From an uncultured Bacilli bacterium (GTDB lineage Bacteria > Bacillota_I > Bacilli_A > RF39 > UBA660): 64,000 bases of DNA. Numbering within the stretch: position 1 is the first letter of the stretch; each line of letters starts with the position of its first letter. The stretch spans positions 16,064 to 80,063 of the forward strand of contig CAKOHI010000004.1 of assembly GCA_934085585.1 (NCBI GenBank). The letters run 5' to 3'. Shown here piece after piece: positions 19,944 to 28,077 of this stretch. The notes beneath the pieces were generated by a model. It was given only the letters and a program-made list of their open reading frames with translations. It was not told where the DNA came from and searched no databases. The translations under genes and the position numbers were made by a program.

Positions 19944-20867
19944 ATGACTCTCAAGATAAAAGAAGTGCCTTCGAGAGATTCAATTATCAAAAATATTTTG
20001 ACATCTACGGATGCTGGACTTGATTATCTGGCGATGATTGTTTGTAAGGTTTTAGGCTTTTCATATGAAGATTTTACTTTTACTTTAATTCATCCCGTTG
20101 TAAGTGTTAATGAAAACATTGTTAATAGTGAAATAGATTTAGCAATACAAAATGATGAAGTAATAGTTAATATTGAAATAAATAGTTCAAAAGGAAGTAA
20201 AATAGAAAGAAAAAATAATAATTATATTTGTCAGTTGGTTTTAAGACAAACAAAAAAATCTTCAGATTACACTAATAAGTATAAGAAAGTGTACCAAATA
20301 AACTTGAATACTTATGGTGTAACTAAAGATAAGAGATTTGTTGTAATAAGTAAGATACTTGATATAGAATCACACGAAGAAATCCATCCAATGTTTGAAA
20401 TATACGATATAAATCTTGCAAAAATTCTTGATAAAGATTATACTATAGTTAAGGAAGACAAAGAGTCTTTAGAGAAATTACTTTATTTGCTTATATGTAA
20501 TGATAAAGAAAAGATGAAAGAAGTATATGATGGAGATGAGTTTATGGCCAAGATAATCAGAGAAGTAAATACCCAAACAGATGAATTTGATAAATTGCTT
20601 TTTTATAACAGAGAAATATTAGAAGACGAAGATTCAAGAGAAGAGGAAAGACAAAGAGCATTAGCTGAAGGTCGTGAACAAGGTCTAACCGAAGGTCGTG
20701 AACAAGGTCTAACTGAAGGCCGTGAACAAGGACTAACTGAAGGTCGTGAGCAAAGTAAACAAGATATCGCAAAAGCCATGTTAAGTGAAAATTGCGATAT
20801 AGAGTTGATTTCTAAAGTAACTAATCTTACTTACGATGAAGTAGTTAAATTAAAAGAAGAATTATAA
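19944..20867 (+). CDS. Rpn/YhgA-like PD-(D/E)XK nuclease family protein (putative transposase_31 family)
   Basis: The N-terminal ~200 aa resemble the Rpn/TIGR01784-type nuclease core (EIDLAIQNDEVIVNIEINS...). The C-terminus carries tandem EGREQGLT repeats typical of that family (from memory). Strong RBS AGGAGGTGG. Confidence 0.6.
   Translation: MTLKIKEVPSRDSIIKNILTSTDAGLDYLAMIVCKVLGFSYEDFTFTLIHPVVSVNENIVNSEIDLAIQNDEVIVNIEINSSKGSKIERKNNNYICQLVLRQTKKSSDYTNKYKKVYQINLNTYGVTKDKRFVVISKILDIESHEEIHPMFEIYDINLAKILDKDYTIVKEDKESLEKLLYLLICNDKEKMKEVYDGDEFMAKIIREVNTQTDEFDKLLFYNREILEDEDSREEERQRALAEGREQGLTEGREQGLTEGREQGLTEGREQSKQDIAKAMLSENCDIELISKVTNLTYDEVVKLKEEL
20667..20754 (+). repeat. 24-bp in-frame tandem repeat (3 full + 1 partial copy)
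   Basis: GAAGGTCGTGAACAAGGTCTAACC at 20667, 20691 and 20715, with a partial copy at 20739. It encodes (EGREQGLT)x3-EGREQ inside the Rpn-like gene. Confidence 0.9.
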
Positions 20868-20890
20868 TGGATTCTTCTTTTAATTTTTAA

Positions 20891-21340
20891 TTATTTTTCT
20901 TCTTTTTGATTTTTTGTTTCTTTTTTAGTATTTTTAGTATTTAAACTGCCATTAATTTCTTTAGTGTTTTTCCAAATCATGATATTAATCATCATTAATT
21001 CATATGTAATTCTTAATGTTAATGGGCCAAAAATTAATACTATCAAGAATAAAATGAAACTTGTAGATATTAAACCAAATGAGAATAGAACAATAAATAT
21101 AGTTAAAATAATATAAACTATTTTTAAAATTGGTTCAATTAACATTGTTTTGAAATCTAATAGATCTCTAATTTTTTGTAGGTTTTCACTTACTGGCTTA
21201 TCACTTTTAACAAACATGAAGTAAACAGCAATTCCAGCAGCAATAGCTAAAATAATGGCAATAATTGTCCAAACTAGAGTTCCAGCTATTTTAGTTGCAG
21301 TTTTTGTAGTTTCATTTGCAATATTAACGTAATCGTACAT
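20891..21340 (-). CDS. Hypothetical membrane protein (DUF4282-like)
   Basis: 149 aa with 3 TM segments. FKTMLIEPILKIVYIILTIF ... LRITYELMMI resembles DUF4282 (low certainty). Confidence 0.45.
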   Translation of the reverse strand: MYDYVNIANETTKTATKIAGTLVWTIIAIILAIAAGIAVYFMFVKSDKPVSENLQKIRDLLDFKTMLIEPILKIVYIILTIFIVLFSFGLISTSFILFLIVLIFGPLTLRITYELMMINIMIWKNTKEINGSLNTKNTKKETKNQKEEK

Positions 21341-21443
21341 ATTTAAGCTCCTTTCTATTAATATATTATCAAAAATGTAAATTTATTACAATAATAATTT
21401 GTCAAAATTTGTTATTATATGTTACAATTAATACGGTGTTAAT

Positions 21444-21959
21444 ATGATAGCGTTAGTTAAAAATAAAAATAGTCTATTAGATAGTGAAATAAATAATATT
21501 ATAACTAGAGTTAAAGCTTTAATTATTACTAGTGACAATAAAATATTACTTGGTCATTCACATATGGAATATCAATTTCCTGGTGGACATATAGAAGCAG
21601 GTGAAAACTTGTTATTTGGACTTAAAAGAGAATTAAAAGAAGAAACCGGTTTAGAATTTGATACAAGTAAATTGGAACCATTTGTAGTTTTAAATAGTTA
21701 TTATAAAGATTATCCCAAGATAGATGAAAATACTAAAATAATTATATATTATTATATTATTAAAGATGATAGAATACCTAATTTAAGAAATACGCAATAT
21801 ACAGATGAAGAATTAGATGGTAATTTTAGTTTAAGATATATTCCATTAGATATAGTTATAGATGTTTTAAAAGAAAACGTTGATATTTGCGGGGATGCAA
21901 ATGGAATAACTATGGAAATGTTGGAAGTATTAGCATACTTTTTAAAGTTAAATGTATAA
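21444..21959 (+). CDS. NUDIX hydrolase
   Basis: Nudix box GGHIEAGENLLFGLKRELKEETGL (GX5EX7REUXEEXGU). Confidence 0.88.
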   Translation: MIALVKNKNSLLDSEINNIITRVKALIITSDNKILLGHSHMEYQFPGGHIEAGENLLFGLKRELKEETGLEFDTSKLEPFVVLNSYYKDYPKIDENTKIIIYYYIIKDDRIPNLRNTQYTDEELDGNFSLRYIPLDIVIDVLKENVDICGDANGITMEMLEVLAYFLKLNV

Positions 21960-22003
21960 AAAAATAAGTCTTTTGCCATAAATAAAGGGAAAGGACTTTT
22001 AAT

Positions 22004-22780
22004 ATGGCAAAGTATAAAGTTGATATAACAGGAATTAATACTAGTGAAATCATAGTGTTAAGTAATGAAGAAATGACTAAATTATTTGTAGAATATCAAA
22101 ATGGAAATTTAGATGCAAAAGATAAATTAATAAATGGAAATTTAAAATTAGTTTTAAGTATACTTCGTAATTTTAATAATAAAAATGTCAATTTAGATGA
22201 TTTATTTCAAGTTGGGGTTATTGGACTTATTAAAGCGATAGATAATTTTGATTTGTCATATGGATTAAAATTATCAACATATGCAGTACCTCTCATTATT
22301 GGGGAAATTAAAAGATATTTAAGGGATAATACTGCGGTTAGAGTGAGTAGAAGTACAAAAGATTTAGCTTATCAAATAATAAAGTTTAAAGATAGTTATT
22401 TGAGTGAACATGGTATTGATGCTAATCCAAGTGTTATAGCATCGGCATTAGGAATAGATGAATATTTAATTAGTTATGCTATGGATGCTATGCGAGATCC
22501 AGCTAGTTTGTTTGATCCAATTTATAATGATGGTGGAGATACAATATACTTATTTGATCAAATTGCTGATACAAAGGATAAAAATAGTGATAAAGATATG
22601 ATAATCTCTTTAAGAAGAGCTTTGCTTAAAATAAAGGAAAGAGAAAAAAATATATTATTACAAAGATTTATGGTTGGAAAGACTCAAATGGAAATTGCAG
22701 ATGAAATGGGGATTAGTCAAGCTCAAGTGTCTAGATTAGAAAAAAGTGCAATTGAAAATGTTCGTAAACTAATAAAATAA
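22004..22780 (+). CDS. sigG: Sporulation sigma factor SigG
   Basis: KVDITGINTSEIIVLSNEEM, LINGNLKLVLSILRNFNN, DDLFQVGVIGLIKAIDNFD, STYAVPLIIGEIKRYLRDN, DPIYNDGGDTIYLFDQIAD and GISQAQVSRLEK closely track B. subtilis SigG. It is followed by ylmC, as in Bacillus. Confidence 0.88.
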   Translation: MAKYKVDITGINTSEIIVLSNEEMTKLFVEYQNGNLDAKDKLINGNLKLVLSILRNFNNKNVNLDDLFQVGVIGLIKAIDNFDLSYGLKLSTYAVPLIIGEIKRYLRDNTAVRVSRSTKDLAYQIIKFKDSYLSEHGIDANPSVIASALGIDEYLISYAMDAMRDPASLFDPIYNDGGDTIYLFDQIADTKDKNSDKDMIISLRRALLKIKEREKNILLQRFMVGKTQMEIADEMGISQAQVSRLEKSAIENVRKLIK

Positions 22781-22805
22781 TTCATATAATTTAAGGGGGA
22801 TTTAT

Positions 22806-23027
22806 ATGTATTTAAGTGAATTACAAAATAAGGATATAATTAGTGTTAATACGGGTGTTAATTTAGGAAGAATTATTGATGCTGAAGTAAATAGTGAAGG
22901 TAAAGTAATAAGTTTAGTAGCTGAAAATAAGAAATTATTTAGAAAAATGTTAAAAAATAGTGAATTTAGTTTTACTTTTGCTGATATTACTAAAATTGGT
23001 ACGGATTGTATACTAGTAAACAAGTGA
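22806..23027 (+). CDS. ylmC: YlmC/YmxH-family sporulation protein (PRC-barrel)
   Basis: 73 aa. MYLSELQNKDIISVNTGVNLGRIIDAEV..GKVISLV matches the YlmC/YmxH pattern. RBS AAGGGGGA. Confidence 0.8.
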   Translation: MYLSELQNKDIISVNTGVNLGRIIDAEVNSEGKVISLVAENKKLFRKMLKNSEFSFTFADITKIGTDCILVNK

Positions 23028-23048
23028 AAAATGTGATAAAATAATAGC

Positions 23049-23516
23049 ATGAAGAAAAAAAGTTTTTTAATTGCTATTATTGTTTTTTTATTTGATATAC
23101 TTATTAAATATATTGTTGATAAGTCTTTTTACTATGCTGAATTAAAAAGCATTATACCTAATTTTTTCTTTTTAACTAAAGTTTATAATGAAGGTGCAGC
23201 ATGGAGTACTTTTGAAGGAGCTAGATTTTTACTTATATTTATTGCTATTGTGGCTTTAATATTTTTAATAATTTATCAAAGAAAATTTAAAGAAATAAAA
23301 AGAAACATTATATCTTTTGGTTTAATTTATGGAGGCCTTTTAGGAAATCTATTTGACAGAATAAGATTTGGATATGTAATTGATTATTTGAAATTTTATA
23401 TATTTGGATATGAATATCCAGTATTTAATTTAGCAGATGTTTCTTTAGTAATAGGTTTTGCACTTTTAATAATAGCAATTTATAAAGGAGAAGATAAAGT
23501 TGGAAATAATAAGTAG
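23049..23516 (+). CDS. lspA: Lipoprotein signal peptidase (SPase II)
   Basis: NEGAAWS, GNLFDR and VFNLADVSL motifs, with 4 TM segments. Confidence 0.9.
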   Translation: MKKKSFLIAIIVFLFDILIKYIVDKSFYYAELKSIIPNFFFLTKVYNEGAAWSTFEGARFLLIFIAIVALIFLIIYQRKFKEIKRNIISFGLIYGGLLGNLFDRIRFGYVIDYLKFYIFGYEYPVFNLADVSLVIGFALLIIAIYKGEDKVGNNK

Positions 23517-24378
23517 TGATAATGAAATAAGAATAGATAAATATTTAACAAGTAAATTAGATTTGAGTAGAGAAACCATTAGTAAAATGATTGATAATGG
23601 ATATATTTTGGTAAATGATAAAAATGTTAAATGTTCTTATAAAGTTAAAGAAAATGATAAAATACTTGTTAAAGATGGCTTTATCAAAGAAATGAATTTA
23701 GAAGCCACGAAGATGGAATTAAATATAGTTTATGAAGATGATTATTTAATGGTTATTGATAAACCTAGTGGTCTTGTAGTTCATCCTGGAGCTGGTAATA
23801 GTAATAATACTTTAGTAAATGGACTGCTTTATTATAATAAAACTTTAAGTAATAAAGATGATTTTAGACCTGGGATTGTTCATAGACTTGATAAAGATAC
23901 GAGTGGACTTATGATTGTAGCTAAAGATGATAAAGCTCATGAAATTTTAGCAGATGATTTTAAAAATAAAAGAGTTCATAGAGAATATATCGCTTTACTT
24001 GATGGAGTGTTTCCTCAAGAAAAAGCTATAGTAGATGCTCCGATTGGTAGAAGTAAAACTTATTTTGATAAAATGGAAGTTACTAAAGATGGAAAAAAAG
24101 CTGTTACTCATATAGAAGTATTAAAAAAATATAAAGATTATACGTTAGTTAAATTAGTGCTTGAAACTGGTAGAACTCATCAAATAAGGGTACATTTATC
24201 ATATATTGGATACCCTGTACATAATGATCCAGTTTATTCTAATAAAAAGTGTAGTAGTTTTGGACAATTTTTACATTCAGCATATTTGAGATTTGAACAT
24301 CCGATTACTAAAGAAGTTTTAGAGTTTAATAGTAAACTTCCAAAAGAGTTTCAAGATTTTATAGAAAATTGCTTATGA
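23500..24378 (+). CDS. rluD: RluA-family 23S rRNA pseudouridine synthase (RluD-like)
   Basis: S4 domain (RIDKYL), catalytic HRLDKDTSGL, and GRTHQIRVH. TTG start overlapping the lspA end. The lspA-rluD order matches Bacillus. Confidence 0.88.
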   Translation: MEIISSDNEIRIDKYLTSKLDLSRETISKMIDNGYILVNDKNVKCSYKVKENDKILVKDGFIKEMNLEATKMELNIVYEDDYLMVIDKPSGLVVHPGAGNSNNTLVNGLLYYNKTLSNKDDFRPGIVHRLDKDTSGLMIVAKDDKAHEILADDFKNKRVHREYIALLDGVFPQEKAIVDAPIGRSKTYFDKMEVTKDGKKAVTHIEVLKKYKDYTLVKLVLETGRTHQIRVHLSYIGYPVHNDPVYSNKKCSSFGQFLHSAYLRFEHPITKEVLEFNSKLPKEFQDFIENCL

Positions 24379-24679
24379 TTTTAATGAATGTTATGATATT
24401 AATTATAATATAAGGTAGGGATGCAAGAGGAATATATCCCAGAACTTTTTTAATATCATGTAAAAGTAAAATAGAAAATAATATTAATAAAATAGAACTA
24501 ATTAAACCAAATAAATAATTTTCAAAATAAAAATAAAAAATAGAAGTAGAAAAGTTTAATAAGTAGTTGGTAATAGTTGAAAATATAAGGGCATCATTAA
24601 AAAGATGATAATTATTTATTTTAAGTAATACAGTTACTAATAAAAATAAACTTATAATGTAAAATAGATATTCTATCAT
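24359..24679 (-). CDS. Hypothetical small membrane protein
   Basis: 106-aa, 3-TM ORF with RBS-like AGAGGTG upstream. No recognisable motif. Confidence 0.4.
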   Translation of the reverse strand: MIEYLFYIISLFLLVTVLLKINNYHLFNDALIFSTITNYLLNFSTSIFYFYFENYLFGLISSILLILFSILLLHDIKKVLGYIPLASLPYIIINIITFIKIISNFL

Positions 24680-24741
24680 GTAGCACCTCTTTACTAATGC
24701 TATGTTTTATTGTAGAATATTATGACAAGGAGATGGAATAA

Positions 24742-25902
24742 ATGTCTAATGTAATGATTAGAAAAAGTGATCAAGTAATGATGAGTTTAGTTCATTATTT
24801 TGTAACTAAAGAAAATTATGCTCCGATTAATGTTCAAGGAGTAAAAGATGAAATTTGGCTAGAAAATTTAAATGGACCATATAGAATAATTAGAATAAGT
24901 TGTAATTCAATAATTAATGAAGAACAATATAAATTTGATATATTTAAAATGAAACATGTAATGAAGCAAATAAAGAAAAAAACTTTATCGATAAAAATGA
25001 ATGCTTTAAATATATGTTTAGATATTAGTAAAAAAATAGATCGAGGTAATGTGAAAGATATTGAAACAATTAGGGCAGAAAGTTTAAATGATATAAAGAA
25101 AAATGAAGATATAACTAAAGTATTTCCTGATATTACAAATAATTTGTTAGAGAGTAATGATGGTTTAGAATTAATTATTAATGTTACAAATGATATAAAT
25201 GAAAAAACTGAAGAAGAAAATAAAAAATTTAATGATGTGTTTTCTCAAAAAAGAATTATTTTTACAAATGTTATTTCTTTAATATGTTTAATTATGTATA
25301 TAATAGTTGGAATTTATGGTAATAATATATTAAATTTTAGTGCCAATGTATTAGTTAAATTTGGTGCTAATAATATATTACTTGTTAAAAATGGTGAAAT
25401 ATGGAGACTTATTACTTGTTCTTTTTTACATGTAGGCTTTATACATTTTTTACTTAATATGTATTCTTTAAGAGTTATTGGTCCAAGTGTGGAAGGTTTA
25501 ATAGGTAAGGGAAAATTTGTATTTATATATTTGTTAAGTGCTTTAAGTGCTAGTTTGATGTCTTTAGTATTTATGGATTCTAATATAGTTTCTGTAGGTG
25601 CTAGTGGAACTATATTTGGTTTGATGGGAGCTTTACTTTATTTTGGATATCATTATAGATTGTATTTAAATGATGCTATTAAAACTCAAATTATACCTGT
25701 TATTGTATTTAATTTACTTATTGGATTTATGATTTCTGGAGTTGATAATGGTGCTCACATCGGAGGGTTAATCGGTGGATATTTAGCTACGATGGCAATT
25801 GGTATAAAAAATAAATCTGAAAAAAGAGATATGATTAATGGTTGGATTGTTTTAATTTTATATCTAGCATTTTTAAGTTATATTGTATTTTTGGTTAAAT
25901 AA
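24742..25902 (+). CDS. Rhomboid-family intramembrane serine protease with N-terminal cytoplasmic domain
   Basis: WRLITCSFLHVGFIHFLLNM, catalytic GASGTIFGLMGA, and AHIGGLIGG in a 6-TM core. Confidence 0.85.
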   Translation: MSNVMIRKSDQVMMSLVHYFVTKENYAPINVQGVKDEIWLENLNGPYRIIRISCNSIINEEQYKFDIFKMKHVMKQIKKKTLSIKMNALNICLDISKKIDRGNVKDIETIRAESLNDIKKNEDITKVFPDITNNLLESNDGLELIINVTNDINEKTEEENKKFNDVFSQKRIIFTNVISLICLIMYIIVGIYGNNILNFSANVLVKFGANNILLVKNGEIWRLITCSFLHVGFIHFLLNMYSLRVIGPSVEGLIGKGKFVFIYLLSALSASLMSLVFMDSNIVSVGASGTIFGLMGALLYFGYHYRLYLNDAIKTQIIPVIVFNLLIGFMISGVDNGAHIGGLIGGYLATMAIGIKNKSEKRDMINGWIVLILYLAFLSYIVFLVK

Positions 25903-25903
25903 A

Positions 25904-25930
25904 AATATCGAAGTGTTTGGCTTCGATATT
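25904..25930. terminator. Bidirectional terminator between the convergent rhomboid and lexA genes
   Basis: AATATCGAAG (25904-25913) / CTTCGATATT (25921-25930), flanked by A-rich sequence on one side and T-rich on the other. Confidence 0.7.
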
Positions 25931-26557
25931 TTATATTTTTCTATAAAGACCAATTGCTGTACCTAGAATAGTAATGTTTTTAAATATTAATGGTTCCATT
26001 GTATCATTTTCAGGTTGAAGTCTTATATGATCTTTTTCTTTATAAAATGTTTTAAGTGTTACTTCATTTTCATCAGTCATTGCAACTACAATATCACCGT
26101 TTTTGGCTGTTTGGCATCTTTTTACTATTACGTAGTCGTTATCAAAAATACCTCGATTAATCATTGATTCACCACTTACATGTAAGGTAAATACTTCACC
26201 GGATTTTGGCATTAGGGCAGCGGGTAGATCAAAAAATTCATCTGGTTGTTCAATCGCTGTAATTGGACTTCCTGCTGTAATTTTTCCAAGTAAAGGAACT
26301 TTTACTACGTCTTCATTTTTTTCTAAATACTCATTTTCTACGAGCAATTCAATAGTTCTAAATTTGTTGCTTGATTGTCTAATACAACCTAATTTTTCAA
26401 GATTTTTAACGTGAACAAATACTGTAGCGGGACTATTTAAACCAATTCCGGCCCCAATTTCTCTCACTGCGGGTGGATAACCATGTTCTGCTATAAATTT
26501 TTTTATGTAATTTAATACTTCTTCTTGTCTTTTTGTAAGCTCTTTTTTCTCTTCCAT
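25931..26557 (-). CDS. lexA: LexA repressor
   Basis: LTKRQEEVLNYIKKFIAEHGYPPAVREIG winged HTH, an AG-type cleavage region (KITAGSPI), and an S24 peptidase core (VSGESMI ... VVKR). Confidence 0.95.
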   Translation of the reverse strand: MEEKKELTKRQEEVLNYIKKFIAEHGYPPAVREIGAGIGLNSPATVFVHVKNLEKLGCIRQSSNKFRTIELLVENEYLEKNEDVVKVPLLGKITAGSPITAIEQPDEFFDLPAALMPKSGEVFTLHVSGESMINRGIFDNDYVIVKRCQTAKNGDIVVAMTDENEVTLKTFYKEKDHIRLQPENDTMEPLIFKNITILGTAIGLYRKI

Positions 26558-26578
26558 AAATTCTCCTTTTCTAATTTT

Positions 26579-26618
26579 ATTTTACAATACTTTTTGTAAA
26601 AAGTCAAACAATTGTTTA
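26579..26618 (-). promoter_or_regulatory. lexA promoter with overlapping LexA-box-like operator
   Basis: On the minus strand: TTGACT (26607-26602), 17-nt spacer, TAAAAT (26584-26579). The 14-mer CAAACAATTGTTTA (26605-26618, plus strand) overlaps the -35 and matches the operator at 15587-15600 at 12/14 positions. Confidence 0.6.
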
Positions 26619-26626
26619 TAAATTTA

Positions 26627-26655
26627 TTGACACGAACAAATATATGTATTAGAAT
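26627..26655 (+). promoter_or_regulatory. Divergent promoter of the 46-aa ORF, with a CGAAC half-site in the spacer
   Basis: TTGACA (26627-26632), 17-nt spacer beginning CGAACAAAT, TAGAAT (26650-26655). Confidence 0.5.
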
Positions 26656-26682
26656 AATATCAGAAAGACGAGGTAATGGAAA

Positions 26683-26823
26683 ATGATGAATGTATTGAAA
26701 AAGTATAGTGGAGTTTTATTCTTCTATTTAGCAATAGTGGGAATGATACTACTTGTTAATTTAAGGTTTAGTAAATTGGATGATACCTCGAGTAATAATA
26801 CTATAATTGCAATGAGTAAATAA
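26683..26823 (+). CDS. 46-aa single-TM protein divergent from lexA (candidate SOS-induced division inhibitor, YneA/SosA position)
   Basis: Not in the ORF track. GAGG sits 9 nt upstream of the ATG. My translation is MMNVLKKYSGVLFFYLAIVGMILLVNLRFSKLDDTSSNNTIIAMSK. It has its own promoter and a downstream hairpin terminator. Confidence 0.5.
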   Translation: MMNVLKKYSGVLFFYLAIVGMILLVNLRFSKLDDTSSNNTIIAMSK

Positions 26824-26843
26824 TTAATAAAAAAGTAAAAAAG

Positions 26844-26861
26844 CCTGCAAATGCAGGTTTT
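26844..26861. terminator. Hairpin terminator
   Basis: CCTGCA (26844-26849), AA, TGCAGG (26852-26857), then TTTT. An A-run on the other side makes it potentially bidirectional (tRNA side). Confidence 0.6.
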
Positions 26862-26873
26862 AATTTGTATATA

Positions 26874-26950
26874 TGGTGTCCTCGGTGAGAGTCGAACTCA
26901 CGCTCTAACCCTTAGGAGGGGCTTGTTTTATCCAACTAAACTACGAGGAC
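26874..26950 (-). tRNA. tRNA-Arg (anticodon CCU)
   Basis: The reverse complement GTCCTCGTAGTTTAGTTGGATAAAACAAGCCCCTCCTAAGGGTTAGAGCGTGAGTTCGACTCTCACCGAGGACACCA folds as a cloverleaf. It has a 7-bp acceptor stem, GTTT/AAAC D stem, anticodon loop CTCCTAA, T-arm GTGAG-TTCGACT-CTCAC, and an encoded CCA. Confidence 0.92.
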
Positions 26951-27055
26951 ATAATAGTATTTTATCATAATTAAAAAAAATAAACAACTCTTTATAAAAT
27001 GTATAGACAAAAGATATATACTTGCGTATAATAAATATTATTAATCGGAGGTAAG

Positions 27056-27904
27056 ATGATAGATGAATTAAAAAATGAAAATATTAAATTTAAAGAAATA
27101 TCTGAAAAAGAAGCATTAAATTATTTGAAGCAAAATAATAATTATTATAATATATGTTTATACAAAAATTTATTTGAAAAATATTATATAAATGGTAAAT
27201 ATATAAACAAATATATAGATTTAGATTTTGCTTACTTGAAAGATTTAGCAATTATTGATTTTGAATTAAGGCTACTACTTTATAATATGATTAGTGATGT
27301 AGAACATTATTTGAAGTTTAGATTGTTAAAATTTATTGGAAAACAAGAAAATAAAGTTGTGAAAATGTATTTAAAAAGCAAAAGATTTAAAAATATTAAA
27401 AATAAATTTGATATAAATATTTCATTAAATCAATTGTTAGATATAATTCCATTTGGTAAGTTAGTAGATTTTTATGAATTTGTAGTAAAAGTATTGAATT
27501 TAAAAGATGAAAAAAAATATATAATAGTTTTAAAAGAAATTGTTACGTTGAGAAATAGGGTGTATCACAATGATAAAATTCTCGTTAATTTAAATGAAAA
27601 TAGTAATAATTATGTAAGTAGTTTTATTGTTTTAGAATATTTAAAAAAATGCGATATTGATAAAGATGTTAGAAATTTTAGAATTTTAAATCCTACGATT
27701 AGACAGTTAACTTGTTTGTTATATATATTTAATATTTTTGTAACTAGCAATGAAGTAAAAGATCACGTTAATAAATTATTAAACGATTTTATGTTTGAAA
27801 GAGTAGTGCGTAATAAGAAATATTTTACAAATAATGAATTGTTAAAACAAATTTATATATATTTTGAAAAAATAATTATAAAGGAATTTGCAAATGGCCA
27901 TTGA
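27056..27904 (+). CDS. Abi_2 (AbiD/AbiF-like) abortive-infection family protein
   Basis: 282 aa. The N-terminal EKEALNYLKQNNNYYNI..Y, central DLAIIDFELRLLLYNMISDVEHYLKFRL, and LRNRVYHNDKIL match the Abi_2 family pattern (..YxFDxxLR.., ..RNxxAHxxRL..) as I remember it. Confidence 0.68.
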   Translation: MIDELKNENIKFKEISEKEALNYLKQNNNYYNICLYKNLFEKYYINGKYINKYIDLDFAYLKDLAIIDFELRLLLYNMISDVEHYLKFRLLKFIGKQENKVVKMYLKSKRFKNIKNKFDINISLNQLLDIIPFGKLVDFYEFVVKVLNLKDEKKYIIVLKEIVTLRNRVYHNDKILVNLNENSNNYVSSFIVLEYLKKCDIDKDVRNFRILNPTIRQLTCLLYIFNIFVTSNEVKDHVNKLLNDFMFERVVRNKKYFTNNELLKQIYIYFEKIIIKEFANGH

Positions 27905-28077
27905 CTTGCACAACGTTTTGTGATAATATTGATTTATTAGGAAAGATGGTAGTGCATTTTTATACGGGAAGGATGAGAATTTTTCCCACAATTTGTGCGA
28001 GATGGTGTGATGAGTGCCACTCGGGGGTATGTGACGGACTGCTCCATACGAGAATCATGACGATGATTCTTTTTTTT
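27901..28077 (+). ncRNA. Unassigned GC-rich structured RNA / attenuator-type leader upstream of tkt (promoter + ~140-nt RNA + terminator)
   Basis: TTGACT (27901-27906), 17-nt spacer, TGaTAATAT (-10 at 27924-27929). Hairpins include GGGAA/TTCCC (27966-27987), CGAG/CTCG (about 27998-28024) and GTATG/CATAC (28026-28048). A strong terminator AGAATCAT (28051-28058) / ATGATTCT (28063-28070) is followed by T7. The segment is far more GC-rich than its surroundings. Confidence 0.5.

Noticed and set aside
20667-20754. Regularly spaced 24-bp repeats as a possible CRISPR array or other non-coding array.
   Set aside because: The units are directly abutting with no spacers. They are in frame and encode EGREQGLT repeats inside an ORF. 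No CRISPR array is present anywhere in the window.
26633-26646. CGAACAAATATATG as a third full LexA box.
   Set aside because: Only the left half-site (CGAAC) matches and the right arm is not GTT-like. I kept it as a half-site note within the promoter feature.
27936-28077. Assigning the tkt leader to a known riboswitch class (TPP because tkt uses TPP; ZTP/pfl because of UGACGGA).
   Set aside because: The TPP hallmarks (CUGAGA, ACCUGAUCUGGAUAAUGCCAGC-like) are absent. The pfl 3' element CCGnCUGGGC is absent, and the helix order does not match. I kept it as an unassigned RNA.
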